Source: an uncultured Lentimicrobiaceae bacterium (lineage in GTDB: Bacteria > Bacteroidota > Bacteroidia > Bacteroidales > JAGNHN01). From it: 64,000 nucleotides of DNA. The stretch covers positions 32,349-96,348 of the forward strand of contig CAZPYJ010000003.1 in assembly GCA_964590645.1 (NCBI GenBank), read 5' to 3'. The translations under genes and the position numbers were made by a program. Of this stretch, positions 56,410-64,000 are shown one piece after another (positions within the stretch are counted from its first letter, which is position 1; each line of letters starts with the position of its first letter). Below the pieces are notes generated by a model. It made no database searches. It had not been told where the DNA came from and worked only from the letters and a program-made list of their open reading frames with translations.

Positions 56410-56784
56410 ATGAAAAGACTGTTTATAATTCTGACGGCGGTAACGATGACCGGACTGGCCCTGCTGATGCCGGGATGCAAGTATGATCACCCGGTTCCTG
56501 AGCCCCTTCCTGAGAATGTAAGTTTTTCAGAAGATGTCGTCCCCTACTTCAACAAAAGCTGCAATTACGCCGGATGCCATAATACGGGGGGTGTTGCGCC
56601 CGATCTGACCCCTGAATTTGCCTATGATGATCTTTTTGCCAAAAACCAGATCAATCTGGACAATCCGGAAGAAAGCATCCTCTATGTAAAAATCGCTCCG
56701 GGTGGTTCTATGGAGCCTTACAGCAAGCCGGCAGAGACGGCGATGGTACTGGCCTGGATCAAAGACGGTGCACCCAACAATTAG
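56410..56784 (+). CDS. Small lipoprotein with cytochrome-c-domain-like C-x4-C-H motif
   Basis: Lipobox LLMPGC. VVPYFNKSCNYAGCHNTGGVAPDLT...WIKDGAPNN resembles PSCyt1-type c-type cytochrome domains but has CX4CH spacing. Confidence 0.6.
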   Translation: MKRLFIILTAVTMTGLALLMPGCKYDHPVPEPLPENVSFSEDVVPYFNKSCNYAGCHNTGGVAPDLTPEFAYDDLFAKNQINLDNPEESILYVKIAPGGSMEPYSKPAETAMVLAWIKDGAPNN

Positions 56785-56827
56785 TCGCAGCTTGTTTCAT
56801 AAAAGCCATTAAGCCAATCCAATTGAT

Positions 56828-57724
56828 ATGAAAAAGATCAGAACATTCCTACTTAGCACTCTGCTCCTTTGCGGGATCGCATTTATGGTAACAGCTCAGG
56901 ATGAGGAGAAGGTGGTTGACAAACCCATCCGACCCCCCTTTCAGAGTGGGTATCTTTTAGATAATCAAACGACCTATTTGCCGGTGGAGGGAACCCTGGA
57001 AATGATTATTCACCATCGTTTTGGAGTCACCAGCAATGGCAGCAGCGACTTGTGGGGAATATATGCGCCTGCCAATATTCGTATGGGATTTAACTACAAC
57101 ATTAAGGATTACCTCCAGGTAGGCATAGGCACCACCAAATTCAGGAAGTTGCAGGATGTGTCGTATAAAGCCCTGATCCTCCAGCAAACCCGATCGGGCC
57201 GCATCCCTGTTTCCATCGCCTTCTATGGCAATATTGCCCTTGACGCAAGAGATGAAGCGGTTTTCGGGGTGGATTATGAATTTGCCCATCGCTTTTCCTA
57301 TTTCAACCAGCTGATCATTTCCCGCAAGATCAATGATATGTTCAGCGTACAACTGGCACCCTCCTTTGCCCACTACAATATCGTTGAGCAGGGGCTGCAG
57401 AACCGCTATGCAGGGATCAGCTTTAACGGCAGGGCCCGGATCAGCCCGCAAACTTCTATTGTCTTTCAGTATGATACCCCCATCGAAATTGATGCTTTGC
57501 TGGTGAAAGGCCAGGCCGGACTGGATGGAAGCTTCGAGCACGAGCTGCCCAAAGCCAATATCGGAATTGGCATTGAAATCGCAACCAGTACACACGCCTT
57601 CCATATCTTCCTGGCTTCCGGCCAGGGGATCGTCCCCCAGGAGAATATGCTTTTCAACCGCAACGATTTTTTTGACGGTGGTATGCTTCTTGGTTTCAAT
57701 ATGACGCGATTATGGAATTGGTAA
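56828..57724 (+). CDS. Small outer-membrane beta-barrel protein
   Basis: Signal peptide ending VTAQ, alternating amphipathic strands, an HHRFG motif near the N-terminus, and a C-terminal aromatic end (TRLWNW). Confidence 0.65.
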   Translation: MKKIRTFLLSTLLLCGIAFMVTAQDEEKVVDKPIRPPFQSGYLLDNQTTYLPVEGTLEMIIHHRFGVTSNGSSDLWGIYAPANIRMGFNYNIKDYLQVGIGTTKFRKLQDVSYKALILQQTRSGRIPVSIAFYGNIALDARDEAVFGVDYEFAHRFSYFNQLIISRKINDMFSVQLAPSFAHYNIVEQGLQNRYAGISFNGRARISPQTSIVFQYDTPIEIDALLVKGQAGLDGSFEHELPKANIGIGIEIATSTHAFHIFLASGQGIVPQENMLFNRNDFFDGGMLLGFNMTRLWNW

Positions 57725-57759
57725 TTTCTTATCTTTAACAACCAACAAAAGGAGAAACA

Positions 57760-58185
57760 ATGAAATCTAAAACAATGAAAATCTTAAGCAGCACATTGGT
57801 TCTTGCCCTTGTAGGCCTCGTTATGATGTCCTTCACCTCGGCTCCTTCGCAGGAGAAGAAACCCTGGGACGTTCCTGCTAAATACAAGGCAATGAAGAAC
57901 CCTCACTCAGCAGACAAATCACTGATTAACGTCGGAAAAATGCAGTGGAACAAGCATTGCAAATCCTGCCACGGTGGAACAGGTCTGGGAGATGGCCCGA
58001 AAGCCAAACAGCTGAAGACTCCTATGATGGACTTCTCAGCGAAAGACTTCCAGGCCTTTTCCGATGGAGAGATGTATTATATGTCCTTCATCGGAAGAGA
58101 TGAAATGCCCAACTTCGAGAAGAAAATTCCGGATGAAGAAGACCGCTGGGCCATTGTGAACTTTATGCGAACGATGGCGAAGTAG
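57760..58185 (+). CDS. Monoheme class I c-type cytochrome
   Basis: Signal/anchor peptide, a single CKSCH heme motif followed by GGTGLGDGPKA, and downstream Met residues (GEMYYMSF, DEMPNF) as candidate sixth ligands. Confidence 0.85.
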   Translation: MKSKTMKILSSTLVLALVGLVMMSFTSAPSQEKKPWDVPAKYKAMKNPHSADKSLINVGKMQWNKHCKSCHGGTGLGDGPKAKQLKTPMMDFSAKDFQAFSDGEMYYMSFIGRDEMPNFEKKIPDEEDRWAIVNFMRTMAK

Positions 58186-58271
58186 TCCCATCGCATTGAG
58201 GTAGGGTGTAGTGGTCATTGCTGACCCTGCACCCTATCTTTCAAAATCCAACGACCAAATCCATCATCGCT

Positions 58272-59252
58272 ATGCTGCCAGAAAACGCAATGCATCGTTA
58301 CGGCCTGGTGCTCATTTTTATCAGTCTGCTCCTCGCCACAGGGCTGAAAGGCCAGGATTATACCAAGGACCTACCGGCAGAACTCATAGAAGAGAATGCG
58401 GTATCCTGTCTGAACTGCCATTCAAAATTGTATTTTTCCTACTACAACGAATGGAAAGAAGACAGCGTGAAGCGCAGAATGTGCGATGATTACCACATCT
58501 TACCGGAAGAGTTTTACCGGTCGAACCACAAATCATTTCGTTGCATAGATTGCCATTCTGCTGATTTCGCCCAGTATCCGCACGATCCGGATCTAAGGAT
58601 GGAACCCAAGTATGAATGTATGGATTGCCACGGCGGTGATGACTTCTGGGCGATGTATAAATTCGAAGAGATTTATGACGAATATGCCGAGAGTGTGCAC
58701 GCCAAACTCTTCGATCAGGGTTTTTCCTGCTGGAGCTGTCACGACCCGCACGAGTATCACAGCAGTTTCCGGAACACAAAAAACCTCAGAGAAAGCATCG
58801 CTTATAATAATGCAATATGCCTGGATTGCCACAGCAATGTGAATAATTACCTGCTGGTGAACGCCAAAGAAAATCCTGATTTGATGGAGACCCACAGCTG
58901 GCTGCCGAATCAAAGGCTGCATTTTGCTGCTGTACGCTGTATTGAATGCCATACTGAAGTAAATGACAGCCTTCTGGTGGCACATAAAATCTTACCCGGA
59001 AAAGAAGCGGTTCGCAATTGCGTGGAGTGCCACTCCAAAGACAGTCGACTGATGCTGTCGCTGTACCGCTTTGAAAAACAGGAGGAAAGAAGCCGATTCG
59101 GTTTTTTCAATGGCGTCATCGTGAGTAACTCCTCCTATGTCATTGGTGCTAACCGGAATATTTTCCTGAATATCGCCTCTGTTGCCATTTTCGGGCTCAC
59201 ATTATTGGGGATCTTCATTCACATTATCCTTCGTATCACCATAAAAAAATAA
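58272..59252 (+). CDS. Heptaheme c-type cytochrome with C-terminal membrane anchor
   Basis: Seven CxxCH motifs read in the translation: CLNCH, CIDCH, CMDCH, CWSCH, CLDCH, CIECH, CVECH. N-terminal signal and C-terminal TM (IFLNIASVAIFGLTLLGIFIHIIL). Confidence 0.85.
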   Translation: MLPENAMHRYGLVLIFISLLLATGLKGQDYTKDLPAELIEENAVSCLNCHSKLYFSYYNEWKEDSVKRRMCDDYHILPEEFYRSNHKSFRCIDCHSADFAQYPHDPDLRMEPKYECMDCHGGDDFWAMYKFEEIYDEYAESVHAKLFDQGFSCWSCHDPHEYHSSFRNTKNLRESIAYNNAICLDCHSNVNNYLLVNAKENPDLMETHSWLPNQRLHFAAVRCIECHTEVNDSLLVAHKILPGKEAVRNCVECHSKDSRLMLSLYRFEKQEERSRFGFFNGVIVSNSSYVIGANRNIFLNIASVAIFGLTLLGIFIHIILRITIKK

Positions 59253-59256
59253 TCTT

Positions 59257-59880
59257 ATGAGTGAGAAATTATACCTCTACCCGGCCAGCATTCGCATCTG
59301 GCATCTGGTGAATGCCGTCCTGATCATTCTGCTTATCATCACCGGAGTGAACCTGCAATATGCTTCCAAAGAGTTTATGCTTATCCCTTTTGAAACCGCG
59401 GTCAGCATTCATAATATCTGTGGGGTTTTGCTTTCGTTTAACTATCTCCACTATATCATAGCCAGCATTATTACAGGCAACTTTAAGTTTTATAATCTTT
59501 TTAAACCCGGCTTTCGGACCAATCTGCTGAAGCAGGCCCGCTTCTATATCTACGGACTCTTTAAAGGTGAACCACATCCCTTTCACGCCAGCAAAGCGGA
59601 GAAATTCAATCCGTTGCAGAAAATCGCCTATTGGTTTGTGATGTTTATCTTTCTGCCGCTGGTAGTAATAACAGGATGGTTTTTGCTGTATCCCGACAGC
59701 GTTGCCTATGTTCTGGCCGGGATACATCTTCTTCATTTTACCATCGTCATTCATATCATTGCCGGCTTTATGCTCTCCGTTTTCCTCATTGTACACATAT
59801 ACCTGTGCACCGTCGGAATGAAATGGAGTGATGCCATTAAAACCATCTCCACAGGCTACCATCATCCGGTCGAAGAGTAA
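59257..59880 (+). CDS. Membrane cytochrome b (PhsC/FdnI/Ni-Fe-hydrogenase b-type subunit-like)
   Basis: Four to five TM helices. N-terminal YPASIRIWHLVNAVLIILLIITG with conserved His, further His residues in TM helices, and a start 5 nt after the heptaheme gene stop. Confidence 0.75.
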   Translation: MSEKLYLYPASIRIWHLVNAVLIILLIITGVNLQYASKEFMLIPFETAVSIHNICGVLLSFNYLHYIIASIITGNFKFYNLFKPGFRTNLLKQARFYIYGLFKGEPHPFHASKAEKFNPLQKIAYWFVMFIFLPLVVITGWFLLYPDSVAYVLAGIHLLHFTIVIHIIAGFMLSVFLIVHIYLCTVGMKWSDAIKTISTGYHHPVEE

Positions 59881-59902
59881 AAAAAATATGCCCTCCCAAC
59901 AT

Positions 59903-59934
59903 AAGCCGGTCTTCAATAGCAGATCGGCTTTTTC
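59903..59934 (+). terminator. Rho-independent terminator after the cytochrome b gene
   Basis: aagccggtct-tcaatagc-agatcggctt: a 10-bp stem with one G.U pair, running into ttttt. Confidence 0.7.
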
Positions 59935-59963
59935 TATTATTAATGATCCACCTCACTAATTCC

Positions 59964-59977
59964 TTGATATATATCAA
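59964..59977. promoter_or_regulatory. Perfect FNR-consensus box TTGATatatATCAA
   Basis: Read directly. It lies 137 nt upstream of the hexaheme lipoprotein ATG (60114). An extra TTGAT half-site occurs at 59985-59989. Confidence 0.6.
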
Positions 59978-60113
59978 TCCATTGTTGATCCTTTGCCGTT
60001 TCTTGCCTGAAAAATCTCAGCCATCATTTTAACGCTATTAACAAGAATAGAACGAAATTGCAAGGTGAAAAAGAAAAGCGATTTCCAATAACCAAACCTA
60101 ACATTGAAGCGAT

Positions 60114-61157
60114 ATGAAAAAGTCATTGACCAGATTGCTTAGCCTCTTCGGACTGTTTCTTGCATTCCAGGTGCTTATGCTCACTTCCTGTGAAGGACCG
60201 GAAGGACCGGCCGGGCCACAAGGTCCTGTAGGCGCCGATGGTTCCGCCATTTGTGGCGATTGTCACAACCTCACCACCGATCTGTATGCCAAGATCATTC
60301 AGTATGAATCTTCCACACACCGTCTGGGAGGAAACTATGAGCGGAGTACGGCATCCTGCGCCAAATGCCACACCCACGAAGGGTTTATGGAGCAATTGGC
60401 TACCGGCACTGTGGCAGCTAGCATTAACAACCCCACCCCTGTTAACTGCCGTACCTGCCACCCCATTCACGAGTCTTATACCCAGGCAGATTACGCCTTA
60501 CGTACGGTAGCTCCTTTCGAGCTGGACATTCTGGATACCAAAGTGACCTTTGATATGGGCAACGGGAATATTTGCGCAGCCTGCCACCAGCCGCGTGTAG
60601 CCAATCCCAAGCCCGAAGTAGGAGGAGCAGATGTCACCATTACCTCCTTCCGCTGGGGATACCATTACAGTACCCAGGCTGCAATGATGGTAGGTGAAGG
60701 CGGATATCGTATCCCCGGATCCATCGATTATAACACCGTGGCCGCCAAGCATTACAATAATCTGAAAGATGGATGCGTGGACTGCCATATGGCCAAGGCC
60801 TTTGGCTCACAGGCAGGAGGACATACATTCAATGTTTCCTATGAGGCTTATGGAAATGCCACCCCCAATATGGCGGCCTGTACCGATTGCCACAGTGGAG
60901 CCACCAGCTTTGATATTATGGGCGGGCAAACCGAGATTGCAATGCTGCTCGACTCGCTGAAAAGCCTGATGACCGATGCCGGTATCTATGGGTTCAATGG
61001 CAGTTATATTTATCCGGGCACCTATAGCGCCGATGATGCAGGCTGCTACCTGAACTATCAGTTTGTATATGCCGATCAAAGCCTGGGAGTGCACAATACC
61101 AGCTATGCCCGCGCTCTGCTTAGCAACTCCATTGAATACCTGAATACCAAGAAATAA
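60114..61157 (+). CDS. Hexaheme c-type cytochrome lipoprotein with N-terminal collagen-like G-X-Y segment
   Basis: Lipobox LMLTSC followed by EGPEGPAGPQGPVGADG. Six CxxCH motifs: CGDCH, CAKCH, CRTCH, CAACH, CVDCH, CTDCH. Confidence 0.85.
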   Translation: MKKSLTRLLSLFGLFLAFQVLMLTSCEGPEGPAGPQGPVGADGSAICGDCHNLTTDLYAKIIQYESSTHRLGGNYERSTASCAKCHTHEGFMEQLATGTVAASINNPTPVNCRTCHPIHESYTQADYALRTVAPFELDILDTKVTFDMGNGNICAACHQPRVANPKPEVGGADVTITSFRWGYHYSTQAAMMVGEGGYRIPGSIDYNTVAAKHYNNLKDGCVDCHMAKAFGSQAGGHTFNVSYEAYGNATPNMAACTDCHSGATSFDIMGGQTEIAMLLDSLKSLMTDAGIYGFNGSYIYPGTYSADDAGCYLNYQFVYADQSLGVHNTSYARALLSNSIEYLNTKK

Positions 61158-61187
61158 TCACTGATAAGGATTAGAATGATTTGGGTG

Positions 61188-61226
61188 AGGGGCTGTCTCG
61201 TAAGTCGAGGCAGCCCCTTGATTTTT
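61188..61226 (+). terminator. Strong rho-independent terminator after the hexaheme gene
   Basis: 13-bp stem aggggctgtctcg / cgaggcagcccct with loop taagt, followed by tgattttt. Confidence 0.8.
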
Positions 61227-61278
61227 AGGATTCATTGCTCCCAGTCGATTCTCAGGGGGCAAATGACTGATGAGAAAT

Positions 61279-61328
61279 CCCCTCAACGCCGCTCCCCTCG
61301 ACTACGCTCGGGGAGCGGCGTTGAGGGG
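61279..61328. repeat. Perfect 19-bp GC-rich inverted repeat (12-nt spacer)
   Basis: cccctcaacgccgctcccc (61279-61297) and ggggagcggcgttgagggg (61310-61328) are exact reverse complements. Confidence 0.9.
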
Positions 61329-61376
61329 AGCGGGAGGCAAAGAGTTTTATCTACCTTTGCTGTTACATTAAAGATA

Positions 61377-62489
61377 ATGAGCAAAGCGGAGAAGCCATCC
61401 AAATCAGCCCTGAATGTCCAGAAAGGCATAGACCCCCCGCCCCTGCTGAATCCGGTGGCGGTGGGAAAAATCCGTGCCCTCAGGAAAAAAGAACTCACAG
61501 TGGACGAGATCAGGCTGGGTCTGCTGCAGGGAGATCGCAATATGCTGGGAAGGGCGATCACCCTGACGGAAAGTCGCCGGAAAGATCATCAGGCCCTGGC
61601 CCGCGATCTGATCGAGTCTTGTCTCCCGCTAACAGGAAAATCCATCCGCATAGGCATTACCGGGGTTCCGGGAGTGGGAAAAAGTACTTTCATTGAAGCC
61701 CTGGGCACCTATCTTACCCGCCTTGGAAAGAAACTGGCTGTTCTGGCCATTGATCCCTCCAGCGCCCGTACCGGAGGTTCCATCCTTGGCGATAAAACCC
61801 GGATGGAGAAACTATCCATCGATCCCAATGCCTTTATCCGTCCCTCACCCTCGGCCGGAAGCCTGGGCGGGGTGGCCAGAAAAACCCGGGAAGCCATTGT
61901 CCTATGCGAAGCAGCCGGATTCGATGTGATCCTGGTAGAAACGGTGGGGGTAGGACAGTCGGAAACCGCAGTACACGCTATGGTGGATTTCTTCCTCCTG
62001 CTGATGCTTGCCGGCGCCGGCGACGAGCTGCAGGGGATAAAAAGAGGCATTATGGAAATGGCGGATGCCATTGTGATCAATAAAGCAGACGGAGAGAACA
62101 TTACAGCTTCAACACGTGCTCAGGCACAATACAAAAACGCCCTGCATCTCTTCCCGCCGCCCAAATCGGGATGGGAACCCAAGGTCCTTACCTGCTCTGC
62201 CCTGCAACAAAAAGGCATCCCGGAAGTATGGGCACTCATCACCGAATATAAAGCCCTCACAACCCACAATGGCTTCTTCGAGGAAAAACGCAGAGAACAA
62301 AGCCGGGGACTGCTGAGGGAAGCCATTCAGGAAAGACTGATGGAAGACCTTTTCCGGCATCCGGAGATACAGGAGCGAATCAAAGATCTGGAAGAAGCCG
62401 TAGTACAAAACCGCAGCAGCGCATACCACGCCGCCAATAAGCTCACCGAAGCCTATTTCAGAATCATTGAAAAGGAGCAGCAGGCTTAA
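61377..62489 (+). CDS. meaB: MeaB/ArgK-type G3E-family GTPase (methylmalonyl-CoA mutase-associated)
   Basis: [19 protein letters not shown]-loop, [10 protein letters not shown] and INKADG. Start at MSKAEKPSK; the longer ORF-track start spans a terminator and a palindrome. Confidence 0.85.
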   Translation: MSKAEKPSKSALNVQKGIDPPPLLNPVAVGKIRALRKKELTVDEIRLGLLQGDRNMLGRAITLTESRRKDHQALARDLIESCLPLTGKSIRIGITGVPGVGKSTFIEALGTYLTRLGKKLAVLAIDPSSARTGGSILGDKTRMEKLSIDPNAFIRPSPSAGSLGGVARKTREAIVLCEAAGFDVILVETVGVGQSETAVHAMVDFFLLLMLAGAGDELQGIKRGIMEMADAIVINKADGENITASTRAQAQYKNALHLFPPPKSGWEPKVLTCSALQQKGIPEVWALITEYKALTTHNGFFEEKRREQSRGLLREAIQERLMEDLFRHPEIQERIKDLEEAVVQNRSSAYHAANKLTEAYFRIIEKEQQA

Positions 62490-63556
62490 GCGCCTGTCTT
62501 GTTTTCTTCTTTTGCCTTTTTCCCCGGGAATAAAAGAGAGGCCACAATACTGATCAGCAAGATCCCTCCTACAATGATCAGGCTGTGGACGGTTTTAAAG
62601 CCAGCCCCGGTCAGAAAATCGTGAAGAATCATCTTTATTCCGATGAATCCCAATAATACAGAAAGACCGGTTTTCAGGTAGCGGAAAGTATTCATCACGT
62701 GCATTACCAGAAAGAAAAGAGAGCGCAACCCGATGATGGCGAAAATATTGGAATAGAAGACGATATAGGGATCTTTGGTGATGGCAAAGATGGCCGGGAT
62801 AGAATCAACGGCAAAAATTACATCGGTAAACTCGATGACAAGCAGGACGATGAAAAGCGGAGTAATGAAAACCTTCCCCTTATGATCGCGAATAAAAAAG
62901 CGATGCCCGACATCCCGGGGATAAACTGCGAAGTATTTTCGTGCAAACTTTACCACAGGATGACGCCCGGGCTCGATCTTCGCCTCCTTGTTCCGTTTGC
63001 GGTACATCAGCCAGGCTGTGATGATCAGAAAGCCCCCGAAAACGTACAGTATCCACTCGAAGCGATAAATGAGGGCTGCACTCCCGAATATAAAAATGAA
63101 GCGCATTACGATAGCACCGAGGATTCCCCAAAAAAGTACCCATTTATAATATTTCTCTCTCACCCCAAAGGAGTAAAAGATCATAATCATTACAAAAACA
63201 TTATCCACCGAAAGGGCTTTCTCGATGAGATAACCCGTGATGTATTCCAGGGCAAGATTGGCCTTATACAGTTTCTGGGCGGCAAGCAGATTGTCCTCCA
63301 CCTGGATAGGATGGCGGTGCAGGAGAATCAATTCCCTGATCCGCTCTACACTGTCGGCACCGTGGATCAGGTCTCCTTTGAAGAGCAGGAAAAAATAAAA
63401 GCCAACCCCCAGGCTGATCCATACGATGGTCCAGAACAATGCCTCCTTAAAATGGATCACGTGGCTCTTTCGGTTGAAGACGCCCAGATCAAAAAGCAGT
63501 ATCGCCACAATGACGACCAGAAAGCTGCCAAAAAAGACAAATTCGCTGTGATTCAC
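62486..63556 (-). CDS. TerC family integral membrane protein
   Basis: [18 protein letters not shown] and [12 protein letters not shown] are the duplicated TerC signature motifs. Confidence 0.85.
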   Translation of the reverse strand: MNHSEFVFFGSFLVVIVAILLFDLGVFNRKSHVIHFKEALFWTIVWISLGVGFYFFLLFKGDLIHGADSVERIRELILLHRHPIQVEDNLLAAQKLYKANLALEYITGYLIEKALSVDNVFVMIMIFYSFGVREKYYKWVLFWGILGAIVMRFIFIFGSAALIYRFEWILYVFGGFLIITAWLMYRKRNKEAKIEPGRHPVVKFARKYFAVYPRDVGHRFFIRDHKGKVFITPLFIVLLVIEFTDVIFAVDSIPAIFAITKDPYIVFYSNIFAIIGLRSLFFLVMHVMNTFRYLKTGLSVLLGFIGIKMILHDFLTGAGFKTVHSLIIVGGILLISIVASLLFPGKKAKEENKTGA

Positions 63557-63669
63557 GCCGCAAAGTTAGTGTAATTGTATCCTGCTGCATTCGCCCTTCT
63601 TTGCCGTCGTTCAAAGATTTCATAGTTTTGGAACCCTTTATTGACCACAAATTCTTAAAAAAGATATCT

Positions 63670-64000
63670 ATGAAAGAAAGCATTGAAATGAATCCCAATC
63701 CCCTGGTGCAGTACCTGAATAAACCTGCCTCGGCATTTACCAAAGCAGACCTGATGAGCTTCATCGAGGATCATAACATTGAAGCGGTCAACTTTCGCTA
63801 TGTTGGAGGGGATGGACGCCTGAAGACTTTGAATTTCATCATCCAGAGCCGCGATCACCTGGATCAGATCCTTAGCTCCGGGGAGCGGGTGGATGGCTCC
63901 AGCCTGTTCTCCCATATTGAAGCCGGCAGCAGCGATCTCTATGTTGTACCCCGTTACCGCACTGCCTTTGTCAATCCCTTCTCCCATATTCCGGCCGTGG
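63670..64000 (+). CDS. glnA: Partial (N-terminal) glutamine synthetase family protein
   Basis: Not in the ORF track (runs off the window). Manual translation gives MKESIEMNPNPLVQYLNKPASAFTKADLMSFIEDHNIEAVNFRYVGGDGRLKTLNFIIQSRDHLDQILSSGERVDGSSLFSHIEAGSSDLYVVPRYRTAFVNPF, which matches the GS beta-grasp N-domain as remembered from Bacteroidota GS proteins. Confidence 0.6.
   Translation, partial: MKESIEMNPNPLVQYLNKPASAFTKADLMSFIEDHNIEAVNFRYVGGDGRLKTLNFIIQSRDHLDQILSSGERVDGSSLFSHIEAGSSDLYVVPRYRTAFVNPFSHIPAV

Noticed and set aside
61176-61376. N-terminal 67-aa extension of the meaB ORF in the ORF track
   Set aside because: The extension would be translated through a 13-bp-stem terminator and a 19-bp perfect palindrome and gives Arg/Ser/Gly-rich nonsense. 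The ATG at 61377 (MSKAEKPSK) is the plausible start.
63557-63669. Possible yybP-ykoY (Mn2+) riboswitch in the terC leader
   Set aside because: TerC genes are often preceded by this riboswitch, so I read the minus-strand leader. I could not find the conserved GGGGAGUAG / UUGACA-type core elements. It cannot be fully excluded without a covariance-model scan.

Overview
This 64 kb chromosomal window looks Bacteroidota-like. Supporting signs are an S46 dipeptidyl-peptidase, a GldE-like CNNM protein, a coaX-OMP-TPR-lptC-ppiD envelope cluster, weak Shine-Dalgarno usage and many lipoproteins. It is densely coding, and I found no transposase, integrase, CRISPR array or rRNA. One tRNA-Phe(GAA) is present. 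Housekeeping genes include an M16 peptidase, glyQS, speA, mdh, a C69 dipeptidase, ppa, topA, mlaEF, cvpA, manC, coaX, lptC, ppiD, meaB and terC, plus a partial glnA-like gene and a partial MrpA-like gene at the window edges. Two accessory regions stand out. (1) Region 15.0-32.8 kb is a compositionally mosaic exopolysaccharide locus. It holds a short exosortase-family protein next to a tiny signal-peptide + Pro/Gly linker + P-I-D/TM/basic-tail substrate. It also holds a priming sugar transferase, a cysC-cysD-cysN PAPS module, sugar dehydratase, aminotransferase and FemAB-like genes, and wzm/wzt split by an AT-rich two-gene insertion. Two glycosyltransferases, a Wzc tyrosine kinase with a (GY)7 tail, and Wza complete it. 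(2) Region 55.5-61.2 kb is a cluster without any recognisable catalytic subunit. It encodes an FNR-type Cys-cluster regulator, a CX4CH lipoprotein, a small OM beta-barrel, a monoheme cytochrome c, a membrane-anchored heptaheme cytochrome, a cytochrome b and a collagen-like hexaheme lipoprotein. Near-perfect and perfect TTGAT-N4-ATCAA boxes lie in front of its two transcription units. I consider it the best candidate for an undescribed, oxygen-regulated electron-transfer system. All calls come from reading the translations and DNA by eye; no searches were run.
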